Part shown: one piece after another, positions 6,436 to 14,975 of the stretch | Position numbering within the stretch: position 1 is the stretch's first letter | Layout: the number at the start of each line of letters is the position of its first letter | Assembly (NCBI GenBank): GCA_041167995.1 | Contig: JBEELT010000001.1 | Coordinates: forward strand, 1-45,511 | Length of the DNA: 45,511 nucleotides | Reading direction: 5' to 3' | Source of the DNA: Verrucomicrobiota bacterium | GTDB taxonomy: Bacteria; Verrucomicrobiota; Verrucomicrobiia; Opitutales; UBA953 | Program-made: the position numbers and the translations under genes | The notes under the pieces: generated by a model | The model's database searches: none | What the model saw: the letters and a program-made list of their open reading frames with translations, nothing else | What the model was told of the DNA's origin: nothing

Positions 6436-9351
6436 TTATTTAAGAGTCTGAAGGAACGCTTTCACGTCCTCGAGTTCCTGCGGCTTGAGGATCAGGCCCA
6501 TCGGGGGCATCGGCGAGACGCCCAGCTTCTCGAAGCCCTTCGCCAGGACCTTGTTCGGCTCGACGAGGGACTCGGCGATGTAGGCGGACGTGGCGCGCAT
6601 GGCGAGGCCGTCCAAGGCCGGGCCGATGGCGCTCCCCCTCCCCTTCACCATGTGGCAGTTCACGCAGCCCGCAACCGGGTGCTTCCAAAAGATCTCCTCG
6701 CCGCGCTTGGCGTCGCCGGCCACGAGGGCCGCCTCGCCCGCCACGGTCAGCTCGCAGAGCTTCACGTCGTCGAAGAGGATGTCGCCCTTACCCACATGCA
6801 GGAGGTTGATGGAAGACCTCGGACGCTTGCCGGAGTTGAACACCACCTCGACCTCGGTCCAATCCGCGTCGCGGGTCACCGTGCTGGTCTCCGCGCGACC
6901 GATGTGGTCATTGAGGCTGGCCTTTCCGCGGAACGCGTGGGTCTTGATCCAAGCGCTCAGGCGGTACTCGGTGTCCGGCTTAAGGGCGACCTCGGCGAAG
7001 AAACTCGTGTCGCCATTGTCGCGGGTGATGCCGCGCATGGCGGCGTTCCCGGAGTGGACGAGCTTGGGGTCGGTCACGACCTCCCAGCGGACGTCCTTGT
7101 TGCCGGGCGGGTTGCCGTAGTCGCGGCGCTTCCAGCCGACCGGCAGCTTGGCTGCGACTTCCTCGAAGCCAGGGTTGGGCAGGAGGTTCGGGCCTTCGAC
7201 GTAGACCTGGGTCTGGTGCTTCTTGGCGAGCAGCTTGGAGGCTTCCTTGAGCCACTCGTCGGCCAGGACGGCGGGATCGCCGGCGAGACCGCGGACCAAG
7301 GTCTTGATCTCCGGGCTGGTCGGGAACTCGAGCAGCTTGACCAGCGCGGCGAGGCGGGTGGCCGGATCCTTGTCGGCGACGACGCCGGAACCGAAGAAGC
7401 GCTTCTGTGCGGCGGCGTCGACGCCGAGGGCGCGGATGGCGTTGCGGCGCAGCGGGGCGGACGAGGTGAGCAGGGCTTTCTGATGCGTCGCATCGTCGAG
7501 GGCACCGAGGCCTTGGAGCGCCCAGAGGGCATGGATCGCGCCCACCTCGTCGGACTTCTGGGTGAGGAGCTGGATCAAGGCGGGCACGGCGGCCGTCACC
7601 TTACCCTCGACCAACAGACGCTGGGCCTGCAGGCGACCGTACTGGGTCGGGCCGGACAGGCCGGCCACCAGGTCGGCGGGGGCGGCGCCCTGCGCGACGG
7701 CCCTGGCGCCAGACGGGGCGTCGGCGGCGACGAGGCGGTAGATGCGGCCGCGGGCGTGGTCGCGGAGCGGGTTCTCGTGCGCGCCACCACCGCCGGTGGT
7801 GCCCTTGAAGCCGCCGCGGTCGACGCTCGGGGTCGGGTTATGCTGGATGATGAAGTTCTGAAAGTCGGCGAACCAGATCGCGCCGTCGGGGCCGACCGCC
7901 GAGTAGACGGGCGACATCCACTCATCGGAGGAAGCCACCAGATTGAAGGCGTCCTTGGCGACGAAGCCGGCGCCCTGCGCTTGGACGTCCATGAGCGCGA
8001 TCAGCTTCATGGTCGGCTCGCAGACCATGGCCTTCCCCTGGTAGCGGGCCGGGAGCGCGGACGAGTAGATGAAGTTAGAACCCGCGGCGGCGGTGTAGCC
8101 GCCCATCACGTCGACCTGCCGGAAATTCGGGGTGATGGTATGCGCCTGGTCGACCGCATTGATCTTCTTGGCCGTCATCGCACGCGGACCCTTCGGCACG
8201 AGGTGCTGGGGGATGCCGCCGAAGAAGATCGGGGCGCCGTTGGCGGTGCCGCCGAACTCGTCGCCCATGTCATTGTCGGACTGGGCCCAGGTATTGTTGG
8301 TGAACTGGTGGAGGAACTGCAGGGCCTTGCCGTCGGCCGTGAAACGGAAGGAGCCCATCGCGAAGTTCAGTTTCTGCCCGCCGACCTCGCCGGCGAAGCC
8401 GCTGTAGCCGACGGCGCCGCGGAGCCAGTTGTCATAACCGTAGGAAAGATTGCTGGTCTGGGCATGGGTATCGCGGATGCCCCAGCCGGTCATGATGACC
8501 TCGCGGACGTCGGCCTTGTCGTCGCCATCGGTGTCCTTGAGGAAGACGAACGTCGGCGCCTGGCAGACGATGACGCCGCCATTGGCGAAGACGATACCGG
8601 TGGGGATGTTGAGCCGGTCGGCGAAGACGGTGAACTTGTCGGCCTTCCCGTCGCCGTCGGTGTCCTCGCAGATCTTGATGCGGTCCTGCCCCTGCTGGTC
8701 GTTGACCACGCCGTGCGGGTAGTCCGCGGTCTCGAGGACCCAGAGGCGGCCGCGCGCATCCCAGGCGAACGAGATCGGCTTCATGATGTCGGGCTCAGCG
8801 GCGAACAGCACGAGCTTGAGGTCGGCCGGGACCTGGGTGCGCTCCATGCTTCCCTTGACGGAGAAAGGCTTCTGGAGCGTCAGGGGCTTCGCGCGCTTCT
8901 CGTAGTTGGCGACCCACGGGCTCTCCTCGCGCACTTCCGGCTCGCGCTGCTCGGCGTACTTGCGCCAGTCGGCGACGCGGGCGGGGTTCAAGCGGGCGGA
9001 CAGTTCCTTGGCGAAGGCGGCGGGCTCGACCGCGTCCCGCGCGACGAAGACCTCGACGGTCGCGCCGGAGGGTAGCTTCACCGAGGTATTCAGCGCCGGC
9101 GAACCATCGGCGCGCGGGCGGACGAGCACCGCGTCGTAACGCTCGAGCGTCGCGGCCGAGGGCGTCTCGCCGCTGGCGTAGTCGAACCAGATCGCATCGC
9201 GACCCAGCGCGGCCATGAGCGGGTGCAGATGGCCCTTGGCCGTCTGCTCGGCGCCGGCGGCGTCGAGGTACAGGACGCGGACGGGACCGGTGGCGGCGGA
9301 AGCGGCCGCGGCGAGGAACGCGAGGCAGACGGAAGCGAACAAGGTGCGCAT
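6436..9351 (-). CDS. Large secreted PVC-type multidomain protein: putative membrane-bound dehydrogenase (beta-propeller) region, HEAT-like repeats, CBM-like jelly-roll and C-terminal mono-haem cytochrome c
   Basis: The ATG verified at 9351 gives the signal peptide MRTLFASVCLAFLAAAASA; the track start at 9468 adds a basic non-signal leader. Landmarks: DTDGDGKADK and DTDGDDKAD calcium-type loops, an Ala/Leu-rich HEAT-like segment, NLLPNPGFEE...W jelly-roll, and a C-terminal CVNCH haem-binding site. This architecture is typical of Planctomycetes/Verrucomicrobia. Confidence 0.8.
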   Translation of the reverse strand: MRTLFASVCLAFLAAAASAATGPVRVLYLDAAGAEQTAKGHLHPLMAALGRDAIWFDYASGETPSAATLERYDAVLVRPRADGSPALNTSVKLPSGATVEVFVARDAVEPAAFAKELSARLNPARVADWRKYAEQREPEVREESPWVANYEKRAKPLTLQKPFSVKGSMERTQVPADLKLVLFAAEPDIMKPISFAWDARGRLWVLETADYPHGVVNDQQGQDRIKICEDTDGDGKADKFTVFADRLNIPTGIVFANGGVIVCQAPTFVFLKDTDGDDKADVREVIMTGWGIRDTHAQTSNLSYGYDNWLRGAVGYSGFAGEVGGQKLNFAMGSFRFTADGKALQFLHQFTNNTWAQSDNDMGDEFGGTANGAPIFFGGIPQHLVPKGPRAMTAKKINAVDQAHTITPNFRQVDVMGGYTAAAGSNFIYSSALPARYQGKAMVCEPTMKLIALMDVQAQGAGFVAKDAFNLVASSDEWMSPVYSAVGPDGAIWFADFQNFIIQHNPTPSVDRGGFKGTTGGGGAHENPLRDHARGRIYRLVAADAPSGARAVAQGAAPADLVAGLSGPTQYGRLQAQRLLVEGKVTAAVPALIQLLTQKSDEVGAIHALWALQGLGALDDATHQKALLTSSAPLRRNAIRALGVDAAAQKRFFGSGVVADKDPATRLAALVKLLEFPTSPEIKTLVRGLAGDPAVLADEWLKEASKLLAKKHQTQVYVEGPNLLPNPGFEEVAAKLPVGWKRRDYGNPPGNKDVRWEVVTDPKLVHSGNAAMRGITRDNGDTSFFAEVALKPDTEYRLSAWIKTHAFRGKASLNDHIGRAETSTVTRDADWTEVEVVFNSGKRPRSSINLLHVGKGDILFDDVKLCELTVAGEAALVAGDAKRGEEIFWKHPVAGCVNCHMVKGRGSAIGPALDGLAMRATSAYIAESLVEPNKVLAKGFEKLGVSPMPPMGLILKPQELEDVKAFLQTLK

Positions 9352-9481
9352 GGGCGGGGTGATAGGGGGAAACAACCGTTTGTTCCGCCGAGGGCAACCC
9401 GGAGCCGCGCGCCTCGGGGCGTTTACACCCAACGAGGCCCTCTTTGTCGTAAAAATACCGAAGAACACCGACCACCCGGCA

Positions 9482-9510
9482 CAAAAAAACGGCGCCCAAC
9501 AGGGCGCCGT
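9482..9510 (-). terminator. Intrinsic terminator of groESL
   Basis: A 9-bp stem, acggcgccc (9489-9497) pairing with gggcgccgt (9502-9510), loop aaca. On the minus strand it is followed by tttttttg. Confidence 0.75.
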
Positions 9511-9536
9511 GTTCCGGGAGCGATCGCTCAGCGACC

Positions 9537-11162
<1,626 letters not shown>

Positions 11163-11193
11163 GTGGGTGGGGGATTAAGTGTTTGGGTGTAGA

Positions 11194-11499
11194 TTATTCG
11201 ATGACGGCCAGGATTTCTTCCTCGCGGAGCAGGAGGTAGATCTCGTCGTTCAGCTTGACCTCGGTACCGGCGTACTTGCCGATGAGGACCTTGTCGCCAA
11301 CCTTGACGTTGAAGGCGATCTTCTTGCCGTCCTTATCCAAGGCGCCGGTGCCGAGGGCGATGACCTTGGCCTCTTGCGGCTTTTCCTTAGCGGAATCGGG
11401 GATGATGATGCCGCCCTTGATTTCTTCGGACTCCTCGAAGCGCTGCAGGAGCACGCGATCGGCGAGGGGCTTGACGGAGGGTTTGGTGTGTTTAGCCAT
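11194..11499 (-). CDS. groS: Co-chaperonin GroES (Cpn10)
   Basis: 101 aa with KPLADRVLL...[25 protein letters not shown] verified at 11499. It lies 31 nt upstream of groEL. Confidence 0.97.
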   Translation of the reverse strand: MAKHTKPSVKPLADRVLLQRFEESEEIKGGIIIPDSAKEKPQEAKVIALGTGALDKDGKKIAFNVKVGDKVLIGKYAGTEVKLNDEIYLLLREEEILAVIE

Positions 11500-11546
11500 G
11501 GTGATTTGGGTTGGTAGAGAGATGCCTAGGGTGACGAGGGGTTGAT

Positions 11547-11562
11547 TGCAGAACAGATGCCA
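11547..11562 (-). promoter_or_regulatory. Sigma54-type -24/-12 promoter-like element upstream of groES
   Basis: The minus strand reads TGGCAT-CTGTT-CTGCA against the consensus TGGCAC-N5-TTGCA. GG and GC are spaced exactly as in the consensus. It lies 48-63 nt upstream of the groES ATG. Confidence 0.3.
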
Positions 11563-11666
11563 AAACGCTTTTGCCGAGAATAAGCAACCGATTAAGGGGT
11601 TTTCAGGGGTACTCCCCGAGGGGGACCGAGACTTGGAGGCCTTTCCAGCCCTTTTAGACGGGACAC

Positions 11667-11695
11667 CCTGTCACAAGAGTGGGACAGGGTTGGCA
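11667..11695 (-). repeat. Imperfect inverted repeat (hairpin or operator) between the four-helix-bundle gene and groES
   Basis: accctgtc pairs with gacagggt (8 bp) around a 10-nt loop. On the minus strand it is not followed by a T-tract. Confidence 0.3.
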
Positions 11696-11702
11696 AACGG
11701 GC

Positions 11703-11722
11703 GAGGGCTCGAGGGCTCGAGG
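11703..11722. repeat. GC-rich repeat arm (gagggctc x2 + gagg) immediately 3' of the four-helix-bundle gene
   Basis: The sequence is gagggctcgagggctcgagg. Its 12-mer gagggctcgagg is the exact reverse complement of cctcgagccctc, found twice at 12237-12248 and 12253-12264. Confidence 0.7.
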
Positions 11723-11727
11723 TTAAG

Positions 11728-12129
11728 TTACCTGTTTTGCCTGGCTTGGCGGGCCTTGATGAGACCGCCCAGCAGTCGCCCTACCCTCACGACCTGAGGT
11801 GAGATTCTTTCAAAATCAGCGACGGGCAGAGTGCCAAAATCCCGCGATAGTTCCAGTTGCGTCTCCAATTCAGCCAAGGACCCGCGGGCGACCTGCAGGA
11901 AGCGCAAGGCATCCAGATTGGTGCCGCGCTCATTTCCTTCCGCGATGTTCGGTGGAACAGAAACGGCGGCCCGGCGCAGTTGATCGCAAAGACCATAATA
12001 AGGCCTCATTCCAGGCGTTTCACAGCACCTCCAGACCTCCAAAGCCAACTGCTTCGAAGCCTGCCAAGCCAGCAGATCCCGAAAGGTCGACGCCTTCGGC
12101 AAAGAGTCTCCGTCGCCAAAGGTTGTCAT
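11728..12129 (-). CDS. Four-helix-bundle protein (23S rRNA intervening-sequence protein / Avd-like family)
   Basis: 133 aa, ATG verified at 12129. Family hallmarks: FRDLLAWQ...A..LALEV, SVPPNIAEGNERGTNLDALRFLQVARGSLAELETQLEL. The gene is visibly lower in GC than its neighbours. Confidence 0.85.
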   Translation of the reverse strand: MTTFGDGDSLPKASTFRDLLAWQASKQLALEVWRCCETPGMRPYYGLCDQLRRAAVSVPPNIAEGNERGTNLDALRFLQVARGSLAELETQLELSRDFGTLPVADFERISPQVVRVGRLLGGLIKARQARQNR

Positions 12130-12234
12130 TCAGGAAGTCTCCAACCTCGGCGACACCTGTCTATGCCAGCCAAATGGGGCTCTTCCTCCACCCCCGCCTC
12201 CAGCCCCCCAATCCTCCTTCCCTACTGCCCTCTG

Positions 12235-12272
12235 GTCCTCGAGCCCTCGTGTCCTCGAGCCCTCCTGTCCTC
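12235..12272. repeat. Tandem 16-nt repeat arm (gtcctcgagccctc + 2 nt, about 2.4 copies) 5' of the four-helix-bundle gene
   Basis: Copies at 12235-12248 and 12251-12264, plus a partial copy gtcctc at 12267-12272. It is complementary to the arm at 11703-11722. Confidence 0.7.
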
Positions 12273-12278
12273 CCCTGC

Positions 12279-12656
12279 TTAACCAATCTCGCCCGGCTGC
12301 GGGCCTTCCGGCTGCTTAATCTGGTCACCCCACCCGAGGATGCGCGCCTGGGCCCCATGGTGCTCGGCCTTGGTCTTGTCGCCCTGTTCCATCCAGATCC
12401 GTGAAAGCGAGGTGTGCACGTGGATATCCTTGGGGCGAAGTTCCGCCGCCCGCTCTGCCGCCGCCAAGGCCTCCGCCAACTGACGCAGCGCGAAATGAAC
12501 CTCGCCCTTGGCCAACCATGCCTCGAAACAGCCGGGGTCGGTCGCGACCGCGGTGGCGAGTTTGGTCAGGGCGCCGGCCTCGTCGCCGACGGCAAAATCA
12601 AAGGCTGCCGCTTCGGCCAAGGCCAAGGCATGGGCGGCGGACGCGGCGTTATCCAT
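12279..12656 (-). CDS. Small tetratricopeptide-repeat (TPR) protein
   Basis: Ala/Leu-rich helical repeats ([32 protein letters not shown]). The start was set to the ATG verified at 12656, because the longer track ORF (to 12749) would overlap the divergent aminopeptidase start. Confidence 0.6.
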   Translation of the reverse strand: MDNAASAAHALALAEAAAFDFAVGDEAGALTKLATAVATDPGCFEAWLAKGEVHFALRQLAEALAAAERAAELRPKDIHVHTSLSRIWMEQGDKTKAEHHGAQARILGWGDQIKQPEGPQPGEIG

Positions 12657-12739
12657 CTCGCCACGGTGAAGCGTGGACGCGGGGGCGCAAGCGCTCCTTT
12701 CACGCTTGGAAAGCGGGGCGGGCTCCGCACGTTGGGGAG

Positions 12740-13858
12740 ATGGATCCACGCTACGGCCAGCTCGCCCAAGTCCTCTGCGGCTTCTCCACCCGCTTAAAGA
12801 AGGGGGAGAATGTCCTCATCGACGCCTACGACATCCCGGAGGAGTTCGTCATCGCGCTCGTCCGGGCGGCCCGCGAGCGCGGCGCGACCCCCATGGTGAA
12901 CATCCAGCGTGCCCGTATCTCCCGCGAGATGACCAAGGGCGGCACGAAGGAGCAGTTCAAGCTGGCCGCCGATCATGAGCTGGCCCGCATGAAGAAGATG
13001 CAGGCCTACATCGCCATCCGCGGCTCGGAGAACATCTTCGAGGGCAGCGACATCCCCGCGGCCCAAGCCAAGCTCAACGGCGAGCTGATGCGGCCGGTCC
13101 TCGACCACCGCGTGAACAAGACCAAGTGGGTCGTCCTCCGCTGGCCCACCCCGTCGATGGCCCAGCAGGCCAAAATGAGCACCGAAGGTTTCGCCGACTT
13201 CTACTTCCGCGTCTGCACCCTCGACTACTCCCGGATGATCCCGGGCATGGAAGCGCTCAAGCAAGCCATGATGAAGACCGACGAGGTCCACATCACTGGT
13301 CCCGGCACCGACCTGAAGTTCAACATCAAGGGCATGAACGCCATCCCCTGCGGCGGCGAATACAACATCCCCGACGGCGAGGTCTTCACCGCCCCGATCA
13401 AGGATTCCGTCAACGGCATCCTGCAGTACAACTGCCCCACCATCTACCAGGGCGTGTCGTTCGAGAACATCCGCCTCGTCTTCCGCAAGGGTAAAATCGT
13501 CGAGGCCACCGCGAACAACACGAAGCGGCTCAACGAGATCCTCGACACCGACGGCGGCGCCCGGTTCATCGGCGAGTTCGCCATCGGCTTCAACCCGCAC
13601 ATCCTGAACCCGATGCAGGACATCCTCTTTGACGAGAAGATCGCGGGCTCCTTCCACTTCACGCCGGGCAAGTGCTACGAGACGACCGACAACGGCAACA
13701 CGTCGTCAATCCACTGGGACATGGTCTGCATCCAGCGCCCCGAGTACGGCGGCGGCGAGATCCGCTTCGACGGCAAGGTCATCCGCAAGGACGGCGTCTT
13801 CGTCCCCAAGGCCCTCCAGAAACTGAATCCCGACTACCTGCTCGGCAAGGCCCGCTAA
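12740..13858 (+). CDS. Aminopeptidase, M29 (AmpS/PepS, thermophilic metalloprotease) family
   Basis: ATG verified at 12740, preceded by ggggag. Motifs: [44 protein letters not shown]. The 113 upstream codons of the track ORF are Arg/Pro-rich junk antisense to the TPR gene. Confidence 0.9.
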   Translation: MDPRYGQLAQVLCGFSTRLKKGENVLIDAYDIPEEFVIALVRAARERGATPMVNIQRARISREMTKGGTKEQFKLAADHELARMKKMQAYIAIRGSENIFEGSDIPAAQAKLNGELMRPVLDHRVNKTKWVVLRWPTPSMAQQAKMSTEGFADFYFRVCTLDYSRMIPGMEALKQAMMKTDEVHITGPGTDLKFNIKGMNAIPCGGEYNIPDGEVFTAPIKDSVNGILQYNCPTIYQGVSFENIRLVFRKGKIVEATANNTKRLNEILDTDGGARFIGEFAIGFNPHILNPMQDILFDEKIAGSFHFTPGKCYETTDNGNTSSIHWDMVCIQRPEYGGGEIRFDGKVIRKDGVFVPKALQKLNPDYLLGKAR

Positions 13859-13859
13859 G

Positions 13860-14969
13860 ATGGCCGCCCCGAAGAAGGTGAAGCCCACCCGTCTTGGTTC
13901 CCGCCCGCAAGCCCGCACCGCCAAAGCGACGAAGCGCAAGGCGAAGCCGGCCCCGCACGTCCCCTACGCCGCTCGTCCCGCGAAGGCCCCCCTCGAGTCG
14001 CAGAAACCCGACGAAGTGCTGGCGACACGTATCCCCTCCGAGTTCGAACCAGGCCGCGCCGACAAGGTCGTCTCGGCCTTGCTCGAAGGCGTCAGCCGCT
14101 CCCGCGTCCAGCGCGCCCTCGACCTCGGCCTCGTACAGGTGAACGGCGTCGCCGCCGACCGCCGCACGGTACTCAACCCCGGCGACCACGTGAAGGTCGC
14201 CCTCCCCTCCCCCGAGGAGCCGACCGCCCGCCCGGTCAAGATGCCGCTCGAGATCCTCTTCGAGGACGCCCACCTCATCGCCATCAACAAGCCGGCCGGA
14301 CTGCTCACCCACCCGGTGCAGGGCTCGGACGAAGTCTCCGTCGTGCACGGCCTGCTGCATTACACCAAGGGCAGGCTCGCGCCCGCCGGCGGCGCGCCGC
14401 GCCCCGGCGTCGTCCACCGCCTCGACCGCGAGACCTCCGGCGTCATCGTGCTCGCGAAGACCGACAAGGCCTACCACGCGCTCGTCGCGCAGTTCGCCAA
14501 GCGGACCGCGCAGAAGGAATACTTGGCGCTGGTCGACAAGGCCCCGCGCCTGCTCTCCGGGCTGGTCGAGGCCAAGATCGACCGCCACCGCACCGTGCGC
14601 GTCCGCATGGCCGTCCGCGACGATGGCCGCGACGCCGTCACCGAATGGCGCGTCGAGGAGAAGTACGGCCCGCAGGCCGCGCTCGTCCGCGCCTTCCCGC
14701 ACACCGGTCGCACGCACCAGATCCGCGTCCACCTCGCCCACCTCGGCCACCCGATCCTGGGCGACCGCACCTACGGCAAGTTCGACATCCCAGCCTTCAC
14801 GGGCTGGCCGATGCCGCGCGTGATGCTGCACGCGCACCGCCTGACCCTGACGCACCCGCAGACCGGCAAGCCGCTGACCATCACCGTCGAGCCACCGGCC
14901 GACTTCCTGGAGCTCAAGCAGTGGCTGACGGCCAAGTACGGCCGCAAGACCTTCCTGCTGCCGGGCTAA
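13860..14969 (+). CDS. rluD: RluA-family 23S rRNA pseudouridine synthase (RluD-like) with a basic N-terminal extension
   Basis: S4-like segment (RADKVVSALLEGVSRSRVQRAL..GLVQVNG), catalytic HRLDRETSGVIVLAKT, and C-terminal HQIRVHLAHLGHPILGD. ATG at 13860, 1 nt after the aminopeptidase stop. Confidence 0.9.
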   Translation: MAAPKKVKPTRLGSRPQARTAKATKRKAKPAPHVPYAARPAKAPLESQKPDEVLATRIPSEFEPGRADKVVSALLEGVSRSRVQRALDLGLVQVNGVAADRRTVLNPGDHVKVALPSPEEPTARPVKMPLEILFEDAHLIAINKPAGLLTHPVQGSDEVSVVHGLLHYTKGRLAPAGGAPRPGVVHRLDRETSGVIVLAKTDKAYHALVAQFAKRTAQKEYLALVDKAPRLLSGLVEAKIDRHRTVRVRMAVRDDGRDAVTEWRVEEKYGPQAALVRAFPHTGRTHQIRVHLAHLGHPILGDRTYGKFDIPAFTGWPMPRVMLHAHRLTLTHPQTGKPLTITVEPPADFLELKQWLTAKYGRKTFLLPG

Positions 14970-14975
14970 GCCGGC

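Noticed and set aside
6652-9075. 807-aa plus-strand ORF
   Set aside because: It is entirely antisense to the well-supported dehydrogenase/cytochrome-c gene. Its composition (Gly/Ala/Arg/Asp/Val/Leu-rich, no recognisable motifs) is that of a high-GC shadow ORF.
9518-9529. Perfect 12-nt palindrome GAGCGATCGCTC (HIP1-like GCGATCGC core) just downstream of groEL
   Set aside because: I saw only this one occurrence in the window, so there is no evidence of an iterated palindrome family. It may simply be part of the 3' UTR.
11500-11727. Search for a CIRCE (HrcA) operator or a sigma32 promoter upstream of groES
   Set aside because: No TTAGCACTC-N9-GAGTGCTAA or close variant was found on either strand. 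The nearest resemblance (gtactc at about 11610) lacks the inverted partner.
11546-11797. 83-aa plus-strand ORF in the groES upstream region
   Set aside because: It has a TTG start, no coding-type GC3 bias and no motifs. It spans the intergenic region and the 3' end of the four-helix-bundle gene in antisense.
12235-12272. Possible CRISPR-like or minisatellite array
   Set aside because: There are only 2.4 copies of a 16-nt unit with 2-nt spacers and no cas genes. It is better explained as one arm of the inverted repeat bracketing the four-helix-bundle gene.
11723-12284. TTAA at both ends of the cassette as a target-site duplication
   Set aside because: On the left, the TTAA lies inside the repeat arm. 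On the right, it lies outside the arm. Both belong to TAA stop-codon contexts of the two genes, so the geometry does not fit a TSD.
13779-14855. 358-aa minus-strand ORF. The same applies to similar long ORFs at 33992-35035, 37313-38311, 21994-23268, 3448-4500, 4451-5497, 12794-13657 and 23518-24372.
   Set aside because: Each lies antisense or out of frame to a gene with strong family motifs. All show the typical high-GC shadow-ORF amino-acid bias.
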